The position numbers and the translations under genes were made by a program. Positions 50,147 through 58,834 of a stretch of DNA of 64,000 nt are shown here, one piece after another. The first letter of the stretch is position 1; each line of letters begins with the position of its first letter. Source of the DNA: Candidatus Cloacimonadales bacterium (GTDB lineage Bacteria; Cloacimonadota; Cloacimonadia; Cloacimonadales; JAFGVF01); NCBI GenBank assembly GCA_963662585.1, contig OY759729.1, forward strand, positions 1,760,001-1,824,000, read 5' to 3'. The notes beneath the pieces were generated by a model, which searched no databases, had not been told where the DNA came from, and saw only the letters and a list, made by a program, of their open reading frames with translations.

Positions 50147-51298
50147 TCCTTAACACAGAGTTACACAGAGGTCACCACAGAGTTTAACGGAGTTTTAAGA
50201 GAGTTATTATTAATAAGAATGATAGATTAAAAAAGTAGCCAAGAATAAAGATGTCATTTGGAACAGAGACTGGATAAGCTTAAAATCAGAGTTGAAGAGA
50301 GTAAGAAGAAGATTCTTAATTCCTTTAATTTCTTGGATGGTGCAGTGTTAATGATGAAATTTAAATTTAGAAAAAGATCTTTACGTTACAGATGTAAAAT
50401 ACTGTGGGAAATCATGTTCTGTTGTATTGTATTAAACTCTGTGAAACTCCTCTTAAACCTCTGTGTAACTCTGTGTTAAAGGAAAATTATATTAAGTAAA
50501 AGGAGGTTGCTGGTATGTATGAAGAATTAACAGAAAGAATTTTAAACTGTGCTTATAAGGTACATAGTAAGCTTGGTGCTGGTATGTTAGAGTCTGTATA
50601 TCAAAGATGTTTAAGTTACGAACTAACTAAAAATGGTATAAAGAATGAAACAGAAAAAGCAATTCCATTAAAGTATGGAGATATGTTTATTGAAAATGCT
50701 TTTAAGATTGATATCTTAGTTGAAAATTGCGTAATCTTAGAATTGAAATCTGTTGAAAAGTTTAATGAACTGCATCAATCTCAGATATTGAGTTATATGA
50801 AGACAGCTGAGAAAAAAGTAGGCTTGTTGATAAATTTTAATGTGGGTAGTTTGAGGAATGGGATTAAAAGATATAGCTTGTAATTCCTTAATGTAGAGTG
50901 AAGAGAAGATCCTTAACACAGAGTTACACAGAGGTCATCACAGAGTTTCGCAGAGTTTAAGAGAGAAAGAAAGAAGATTCTTATTTTTTTTAATTTATTG
51001 GATGGAGAAGTGTTAGTGATGAAATATAAATATAGAAAAAGATCTTTATGTTAGATTTGTAAAGTACTTTGCGAAATCATGTTTTGTTATATTATATTAA
51101 TCTCTGTGAAACTCTGTGTTAAGGAAAAATAGTTTGAAAAGAATATCCTTGATACAAAGTTTGAAGATACTGGTTAATATAGAAAAGTTACCAAAATTTA
51201 GAGTTTAATTTATAAAAGTGAAGAAGAGCATAATTTATTGTATTATATTAAACTCTGTGAAACTCTGTGGTGACCTCTGTGTAACTCTGTGTTAAGGA
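50147..51298 (+). mobile_element. Composite GxxExxY cassette: arm-spacer-arm module on each side of the gene (arms 50147-50197, 50432-50483, 50910-50960, 51097-51125, 51248-51298)
   Basis: ~51-bp arms tccttaacacagagttacacagaggtcaccacagagttt.. and reverse complements; spacers 50306-50431 and 50969-51096 are diverged direct repeats. Confidence 0.7.
50515..50883 (+). CDS. GxxExxY protein
   Basis: VHSKLGAGMLESVYQRCL, IDILVE..VILELKSVE, H.SQILSY.K, GLLINFNV..L.NGIKR; SD AGGAGG. Confidence 0.95.
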   Translation: MYEELTERILNCAYKVHSKLGAGMLESVYQRCLSYELTKNGIKNETEKAIPLKYGDMFIENAFKIDILVENCVILELKSVEKFNELHQSQILSYMKTAEKKVGLLINFNVGSLRNGIKRYSL

Positions 51299-51327
51299 AA
51301 AATAGTGAGTAAGTATTAGGAGAAAAG

Positions 51328-52383
51328 ATGAAGATTTTAATAACAGGTACAGCCGGATTTATCGGCTTTCATTTAGCAAACAGGTTGCTCAAAGAGCAAG
51401 ATGTTGAGATAGTAGGATTAGATGTAATTAATGATTATTATGATTTGAGAGTAAAGTATGGTAGATTAGCTGAAGATGGTTTTCCTCTCCAGAACATTCG
51501 TTATGGCGAGATTATTCAGAGTGAGAAGCATGCTAACTACAGATTTATAAAATTAGATTTATGTGATAGAGCTAAACTCTACAAACTTTTTCAAAATGAG
51601 GAGTTTGATGTCGTAGTAAATTTGGCTGCACAGGCTGGAGTCCGCTATAGTATTACCAATCCTGATGCTTATTTAGAGAGTAATATTATTGGTTTCTTTA
51701 ATATTTTAGAAGCATCGCGTCAGAATAAAATTAAGCATTTAGTTTATGCTAGTTCTTCTAGTGTTTATGGTTGGAACGACAAGCTTCCTTTCTGTACCAC
51801 TGATAATGTGGATCATCCTATTTCACTTTATGCAGCCAGTAAGAAATCTAATGAATTATTAGCTCATTCTTATAGTGCTTTGTATGATATTCCTACAACA
51901 GGTCTAAGATTCTTTACAGTCTATGGTCCATGGGGCAGACCTGATATGGCTCTATTCCTTTTTGCCAAAGCAATTGCTGAAGGAAAGCCGATTGATGTCT
52001 TTAATCATGGTAAAATGAAACGCGACTTTACTTACATTGATGATATTGTAGAAGGTATAAAACGCGTGATTTATCATCCTGCCCAGCCAATGCCAGGCTG
52101 GAGTGGTGAAAATCCTACTCCAGGAGCTTCAAAAGCACCATATAAGATCTATAACATAGGAAATAACGATACTGTATTGCTAATGGATTTCATCGAAGCT
52201 ATTGAGGAAGAAATGGGCAAGAAAGCCATTAAGAATATGTTGCCACTTCAACCAGGGGATGTTCCTGCTTCTCATGCCGATGTTACTGATTTAGTTGAAG
52301 ATCTAGGTTACAGACCTAATACTCCTATTAGGGAAGGGGTGAAGAAGTTTATTGAGTGGTACAAGAATTTCTACAGAATTTGA
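51328..52383 (+). CDS. UDP-glucuronate 4-epimerase-like NAD-dependent epimerase (CapI/LpsL type)
   Basis: TGTAGFIGFH, LAAQAGVRYS, SLYAASKK, GLRFFTVYGPWGRPDMA, QPGDV. Confidence 0.92.
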   Translation: MKILITGTAGFIGFHLANRLLKEQDVEIVGLDVINDYYDLRVKYGRLAEDGFPLQNIRYGEIIQSEKHANYRFIKLDLCDRAKLYKLFQNEEFDVVVNLAAQAGVRYSITNPDAYLESNIIGFFNILEASRQNKIKHLVYASSSSVYGWNDKLPFCTTDNVDHPISLYAASKKSNELLAHSYSALYDIPTTGLRFFTVYGPWGRPDMALFLFAKAIAEGKPIDVFNHGKMKRDFTYIDDIVEGIKRVIYHPAQPMPGWSGENPTPGASKAPYKIYNIGNNDTVLLMDFIEAIEEEMGKKAIKNMLPLQPGDVPASHADVTDLVEDLGYRPNTPIREGVKKFIEWYKNFYRI

Positions 52384-52756
52384 CGGAGAGACAAAGAGAT
52401 GGAGATTTTTTTCGCCTGTGGCTCAAAGACGGGGAGACGGGGTGATGGAGAGAATGTAGGGGCAAAACATTTTTTGCCCAATGAATGATTAGAGATTCTG
52501 AAAAATGGACTTTTTCCAAGTCAGAAGATGGAGAGACAAAGAGATAGAGAGGGGAATTAAGCCACGAACTAAAGGTCCTTAACCCTATTTATAAAGATAT
52601 AAAGATAGACAAAGAGAATGGAGCTTTGATTAAAGGTTTTCATTGAATACAAAGAATTATTAGAATGGAAAACAAGAAGATAATGATTTATGGAAAAGAT
52701 GGATGTAAGAGTATTTTTCTTTCTCTCTATCACTCCCTCTCTCCATCACTTTGTCT
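52381..52756 (+). repeat. Gene-less inverted 8-bp-period arms (AGAC/TGGAG type) with GTAG-tagged palindrome
   Basis: Left arrays 52381-52405, 52426-52453, 52526-52555; right array ttctctctatcactccctctctccatcactttgtc 52721-52755; gtaggggcaaaacattttttgccc at 52456-52479. Confidence 0.7.
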
Positions 52757-52773
52757 TTTTTTCAAGGAAATAT

Positions 52774-53142
52774 ATGAATATATATAAATTAATTAGATGG
52801 TTTTTAGTCCTCTATCTCATAACACTGATAACAGTATCGGTAATTCCCTTAGGGAGTGTGAGTAGAGAAATTACTAATGTTACAGTAATTCATCTGCGAG
52901 GAGATTATTTTTTACATTTGCTGGTGTATCTTCCGGTAGTGTCCCTCTTAATGCTTAGTTTGCAGAAATGGAAGTGGAAAATGCTACTTGTAGCTTTTGG
53001 TGTAGCGATAGGTTTGGAATATATCCAAATGTTGCTTCCTTATAGAAGCTTTAATATTAATGACTTGATTGCTAATGCTTCTGGGGTTCTTGTAGGAGCT
53101 TTGATTTATCCTCTAATTACACGGATTTCAAGAATTCTGTAA
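52774..53142 (+). CDS. VanZ family membrane protein
   Basis: D..LH..VY, E.IQ..LPYRSF.INDLIAN..G; SD AAGGA before ATG 52774. Confidence 0.85.
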   Translation: MNIYKLIRWFLVLYLITLITVSVIPLGSVSREITNVTVIHLRGDYFLHLLVYLPVVSLLMLSLQKWKWKMLLVAFGVAIGLEYIQMLLPYRSFNINDLIANASGVLVGALIYPLITRISRIL

Positions 53143-53148
53143 AGATTC

Positions 53149-53679
53149 AAAATTATGGACATAACCCTGTAAGGATTTAATCAAATTTATATAATAAGGT
53201 CCTTGCACCTTAAATTTTCCAGTTCTCCGCTAGAGCGTCGAACCACTAATGGTGGGTTGCTTTGTGCTACCAAGAAACAGCTCCTCTGGAGCTAAAACCA
53301 ATGAATTAACTCAGAATGATGCTAGCAAGAAACCGCTCCGCTGACAGGAACCAAAATTATCTCTTTATGATACCAAGATTGAACCAAGCATATCTCTTCG
53401 CTTCGGAGAAGCGGTTTCTTGGTAGTCATGAGTACCTATCACGAACACCTTCGCTCCGTAGGTGCGAATTTATTTTAATTAAATAGCATATTATATAATA
53501 TTTATTAACAAATAATATAAATATATTTTGTTTGTATACTTTTTTACTAGCAAGGAAAAATAATATCCCTGAAAGGGATTAATAGATTAGCCTGGGGTAA
53601 GATCCTATAGGGATCGTCACCCCAGGTGCAATATCTAAAATTATGGACATAACCCTGTAAGGGTTTAATCAAATTTATA
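53149..53679. repeat. Cluster of short palindromes bounded by a 43-bp direct repeat
   Basis: 53149-53191 = 53637-53679 (1 mismatch); agctcc-tct-ggagct, cgcttc-gga-gaagcg, atccct-gaa-agggat, cctggggt..gatcc-tatag-ggatc..accccagg. Confidence 0.8.
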
Positions 53680-53696
53680 GAAGGATTAATGAGAAA

Positions 53697-56691
53697 TTTT
53701 ATAAGGTATTTCGCACGCAAGGGTGCATGCAATCCGGCAGAAGAGGTCTTATCATGCTGTAAACTATCATCTTTAGTGATTAACTGGGGTTACGGACCTT
53801 TAGTCCGTGAATACATCAGGCTGTATTTCAGTCTGTTTTATTTAATCCCTTTGGGATTGAATGACACAGGGGGTGTTTTCTTCTATGGAGTGGAAGCGTC
53901 TCTGCTTCCACATTAGACAAAAATAAGATAACATTAGAATTTTATAAGGTTTTTCGCATGCAAGGGTGCATGCAATCCGGCAGAAGAGGTCTTATCACAT
54001 TTGTTACCTTTTTAGGATATGTCGCCCTGCTAGGGCTATATGCTGGTTGTTTCCTCTAGGAGTGTCTTGCGAACACTCCCTGTTATATGTTATCCCTCCG
54101 GGATGTAAAAGGCTCGACAAGAATACAGCACATTAAACCAGGATTAAAGAGGTCAACATTATTCACCATTCTACCAGCTCCCTCTGCAGCTAAGAAGATT
54201 TTGAAGGATTAATGAGAAATTTTATAAGGTATTTCGCACGCAAGGGTGCATGCAATCTGGCAGAAGAGGTCTTATCATGCTGTAAACTATCATCTTTAGT
54301 GATTAACTGGGGTTACGGACCTTTAGTCCGTGAATACATCAGGCTGTATTTCAGTCTGTTTTATTTAATCCCTTTGGGATTGAATGACACAGGGGGTGTT
54401 TACTTCTATGGAGTGGAAGCGTCTCTGCTTCCACATTAGTCAAAAATAAAATAACATTAGAATTTTATAAGGTTTTTCGCATGCAAGGGTGCATGCAATC
54501 CGGCAGAAGAGGTCTTATCAAATTTGTTACCTTTTTAGGATATGTCGCCCTGCTAGGGCTATATGCTGGTTGTTTCTTCTAGGAGTGTCTTGCGAACACT
54601 CCCTGTTATATGTTATCCCTCCGGGATGTAAGAGGTCCCGTATCAAGTATTTATTACAGCACATTAAACCAGGATTAAAGAGGTCAACATTATTCACCAA
54701 TCTACCAGCTGCCTCTGCAGCTAATAAGATTTTGAAGGATTAATGAAATATTTTTATAAGGTATTTCGCACGCAAGGGTGCATGCAATCCGGCAGAAGAG
54801 GTCTTATCACATTTGTTACCTTTTTAGGATATGTCGCCCTGCTAGGGCTAAATGCTGGATGTTTCTTCTAGGAGTGTCTTGCGAACACTCCCTGTTATAT
54901 GTTATCCCTCCGGGATGTAAGAGGTCCCGTATCAAGTATTTATTACAGCACATTAAACCAGGATTAAAGAGGTCAACATTATTCACCAATCTACCAGCTG
55001 CCTCTGCAGCTAAGAAGATTTTGAAGGATTAATGAGAAATTTTATAAGGTATTTCGCACGCAAGGGTGCATGCAATCCGGCAGAAGAGTTCTTATCATGC
55101 TGTAAACTATCATCTTTAGTGATTAACTGGGGTTACGGACCTTTAGTCCGTGAATACATCAGGCTGTATTTCAGTCTGTTTTATTTAATCCCTTTGGGAT
55201 TGAATGACACAGGGGGTGTTTTCTTCTATGGAGTGGAAGCGTCTCTGCTTCCACATTAGACAAAAATAAGATAACATTAGAATTTTATAAGGTTTTTCGC
55301 ATGCAAGGGTGCATGCAATCCGGCAGAAGAGTTCTTATCATATTTGTTACCTTTTTAGGATATGTCGCCCTGCTAGGGCTATATGCTGGTTGTTTCTTCT
55401 AGGAGTGTCTTGCGAACACTCCCTGGTATATGTTATCCCTCCGGGATGTAAGAGGTCCCGTATCAAGTATTTATTACAGCACATTAAACCAGGATTAAAG
55501 AGGTCAACATTATTCACCATTCTACCAGCTCCCTCTGCAGCTAAGAAGATTTTGAAGGATTAATGAGAAATTTTATAAGGTATTTCGCACGTAAGGGTGC
55601 ATGCAATCTGGCAGAAGAGGTCTTATCATGCTGTAAACTATCATCTTTAGTGATTAACTGGGGTTACGGACCTTTAGTCCGTGAATACATCAGGCTGTAT
55701 TTCAGTCTGTTTTATTTAATCCCTTTGGGATTGAATGACACAGGGGGTGTTTACTTCTATGGAGTGGAAGCGTCTCTGCTTCCACATTAGTCAAAAATAA
55801 AATAACATTAGAATTTTATAAGGTTTTTCGCATGCAAGGGTGCATGCAATCCGGCAGAAGAGGTCTTATCAAATTTGTTACCTTTTTAGGATATGTCGCC
55901 CTGCTAGGGCTATATGCTGGTTGTTTCTTCTAGGAGTGTCTTGCGAACACTCCCTGTTATATGTTATCCCTCCGGGATGTAAGAGGTCCCGTATCAAGTA
56001 TTTATTACAGCACATTAAACCAGGATTAAAGAGGTCAACATTATTCACCATTCTACCAGCTCCCTCTGCAGCTAAGAAGATTTTGAAGGATTAATGAGAT
56101 ATTTTATAAGGTATTTCGCACGCAAGGGTGCATGCAATCCGGCAGAAGAGGTCTTATGATGCTGTAAACTATCATCTTTAGTGATTAACTGGGGTTACGG
56201 ACCTTTAGTCCGTGAATACATCAGGCTGTATTTCAGTCTGTTTTATTTAATCCCTTTGGGATTGAATGACACAGGGTGTGTTTTCTTCTATGGAGTGGAA
56301 GCGTCTCTGCTTCCACATTAGACAAAAATAAGATAACATTAGAATTTTATAAGGTTTTTCGCATGCAAGGGTGCATGCAATCCGGCAGAAGAGGTCTTAT
56401 CACATTTGTTACCTTTTTAGGATATGTCGCCCTGCCAGGGCTATATTCTGGTTGTTTCTTCTAGGAGTGTCTTGTGAACACTCCCTGTTATATGTTATCC
56501 CTCCGGGATGTAAGAGGTCCCGTATCAAGTATTTATTACAGCACATTAAACCAGGATTAAAGAGGTCAACATTATTCACCATTCTACCAGCTCCCTCTGC
56601 AGCTAAGAAGATTTTGAAGGATTAATGAAATATTTTTATAAGGTATTTCGCACGCAAGGGTGCATGCAATCTGGCAGAAGAGGTCTTATCA
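53697..56691. repeat. Tandem array of 12 copies of a 58-bp core separated by two alternating spacer types (order A B A B B A B A B A B)
   Basis: Core ttttataaggt(a/t)tttcgca(c/t)gcaagggtgcatgcaatc(c/t)ggcagaagaggtcttatca starts at 53697, 53940, 54220, 54463, 54752, 55040, 55283, 55571, 55814, 56102, 56345, 56634; A units 243 bp, B units 280-289 bp. Confidence 0.97.
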
Positions 56692-56783
56692 TTTACTTAA
56701 GTTAATACTAAAACTCTGTGTTAAGGAACTTCTCTTATTCTTTCTTATTAGTGAAATTAGTGGATAGATTCTTCTTGCTTAAA

Positions 56784-58742
56784 CTAATCATTAATCAAGG
56801 AGAATTTAATAATATCCTTTTCAGGGTCTATTCTGTCAATTATAAGATTAACACTATCTCCAACAAGGAGTTCTTCTTTGCATCTAATATTATACCTTTT
56901 TCCAAAAGAGAGTAATTCGCAGGTGTAATTATTTTGGTTATCACTAACGACTACTGCAGGTAGTGGTTCATAGAGAAGATTCTGTTTTAAGTATTTCAGG
57001 AACCAATAATTAAAGGAACTAGAATAAAGTTGAGAGTAGTTTTTGTTTGTCCATTCGATATCAGAAAGGAAGCTAAGTAACTCTTCTTGGGTGTAGGAAA
57101 AGATTTGATTCTTTAAATAACCTGTTATTTGACGCTGTGTTAATAAGTCAAAATACCTGCGTAAAGGCGAAGTAATCTGAGAATAGTAATCAACACCTAA
57201 TCCGTAATGTTTTCCTGGAATAGAAGAGAAATTAGAAGGACGGATAAGTCTGATGAGTTTATCATTCATTATTGGGTCATAATAATCTGGCTGAAGAAAG
57301 TGCTTATAATCCTCATTGGGCATTTCTTGAATTCTGTAGATATAAGGGATATTATTCGTAGAAGCAAATTCAGCAAGACTTGTATTCATTTGGATCATTA
57401 ATTCACTGATAATTTTACGGGAGAATGATCTTTGGTTAGTCATTTTCAAAGTTACTTCATCATTGATTACCCTCATTTCAATTTCAGGTCTGTTAATCTC
57501 GATTGCTCCAGCTTCAAATCTTCTATTTCTAAGATTATCAGTTAATTTTCTGAGAATATTAAAATCACTATTGGCTTCGTTTTTGGATTTCTTCAGTATT
57601 TTATCAAATTCATCGTAGGATATTTTGTGAGTTACTGCTAGTTTTGATAAGATAATTTTTTTATCTAATAACTCAAATTCTGGTGAGAAAGTGAATAGAG
57701 TGCTGAGAGTTGGGCGTATTTGTCCTTTAACTAAGCTGAGTTTATCATGACTAAGTTCAGGAGGAAGCATTGGGATTTCTCCAGTTTCAAGATAGACAGT
57801 AGAGACTCTTTGATTAGCTACTTTGTCTAAGAGTGAATCCTTAGGGATATAGCTTCCTAAATCTGTTATATGAACACCAAGAAGATAGTTACCTTCAATT
57901 ATGTCGAAAGATATAGCATCATCAATTTCTTTAGTATCCTCACTGTCTATAGTATAGCTAGTGAGGTGAGATAGGTCTTCTCTTCCTGTGAGGTCAATTT
58001 TTAGATGATTAGCTTCATCAATTTCTGCTAGGGAAAATTCAGTAGTAAGACCGTAGATTATAGCAAATTTATCTGAATCCTGAGCTACTTTATCATTAAT
58101 CTTTAAAATATTATAAACAAAGAAGCGACTATCTTGTCCGTTAGCATATTTATCAATAACGGAAGTAAGTACTTGATTTTCAGGCTTCTTTAACCAAGAA
58201 AAAAGACAGTCGAATATTTTAGAATCGACTGCTTGGTCATTTCTCATTGCTAAACCAATATTGTCAGAGTAGAAGCTATGAATCTCAAGTTTCTCTTTCT
58301 CTTTTTTCTCTTGAACTAGTATTTCCTCAATCTGTTCTAAAGAGCGGGGAGTAACTTGTAGTCCTTTTCTTTTGAAGTGATTTTTTTCTTCTCTAATTGC
58401 CCGAAAAAGAGCAGATTGGATTAAGGTACTAGGACTATCTATTAAAAAAGAGGCTAGTTCCTCTATAGAATACTCTCTACTATCTTCTTGGGTAAGTTCC
58501 CATAGGTCCATAACTGAGATATTATCTTTTTCTGATTCTATTAAATGGTCCAAATCAGAGATAGCACTTGAAAGGTTATCTTGAGATAGAACTTGATGTT
58601 GGAAAAGTATCCGACTACTAGTTAATTTTAGTTTTTGCTTAGAAGCTTTCTCAACAACAATACGATTATCTGATTCTTCTGTTTTCTTACCAAAATGAAT
58701 TTCATTACCTTCGAAGTATTCTACTATCTCTAATTTTTCCAT
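56784..58742 (-). CDS. RNB-domain exoribonuclease (RNase II/R family)
   Basis: TIDSEDTKEIDDAIS, GVHITD, STVYL, H.GLG...YSQITSPLRRY.DL..QRQ, C-terminal S1-like. Confidence 0.92.
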   Translation of the reverse strand: MEKLEIVEYFEGNEIHFGKKTEESDNRIVVEKASKQKLKLTSSRILFQHQVLSQDNLSSAISDLDHLIESEKDNISVMDLWELTQEDSREYSIEELASFLIDSPSTLIQSALFRAIREEKNHFKRKGLQVTPRSLEQIEEILVQEKKEKEKLEIHSFYSDNIGLAMRNDQAVDSKIFDCLFSWLKKPENQVLTSVIDKYANGQDSRFFVYNILKINDKVAQDSDKFAIIYGLTTEFSLAEIDEANHLKIDLTGREDLSHLTSYTIDSEDTKEIDDAISFDIIEGNYLLGVHITDLGSYIPKDSLLDKVANQRVSTVYLETGEIPMLPPELSHDKLSLVKGQIRPTLSTLFTFSPEFELLDKKIILSKLAVTHKISYDEFDKILKKSKNEANSDFNILRKLTDNLRNRRFEAGAIEINRPEIEMRVINDEVTLKMTNQRSFSRKIISELMIQMNTSLAEFASTNNIPYIYRIQEMPNEDYKHFLQPDYYDPIMNDKLIRLIRPSNFSSIPGKHYGLGVDYYSQITSPLRRYFDLLTQRQITGYLKNQIFSYTQEELLSFLSDIEWTNKNYSQLYSSSFNYWFLKYLKQNLLYEPLPAVVVSDNQNNYTCELLSFGKRYNIRCKEELLVGDSVNLIIDRIDPEKDIIKFSLIND

Positions 58743-58834
58743 TAATCTTTAGTCCTAAATTTTTGACTGATGTTTTCAGCCTTCTTTCTCGTGTATTATA
58801 TCATACACTTGTATCAAGCTGTTCTCTATTTCTA

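Noticed and set aside
50258..50479. 73-aa ORF upstream of GxxExxY
   Set aside because: TTG start, runs through spacer and arm, and the homologous spacer at 50969-51096 has no matching ORF in the track
11134..51298. Classical IS elements with terminal inverted repeats
   Set aside because: No DDE, Y1, serine or tyrosine recombinase/transposase was recognised and no consistent target-site duplications were seen
53689..56625. Repeated 75-aa and 84-aa ORFs in the tandem array as real genes
   Set aside because: Sequence is dominated by palindromes, one A copy has an early stop and the first B copy is frameshifted, and B starts lack an SD. The TAATG coupling and GAAGGA before A are noted, so translation is not fully excluded.
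53697..56691. CRISPR array
   Set aside because: Repeat is 58 bp, spacers are 185-231 bp and of only two recurring types, and no cas genes are in the window
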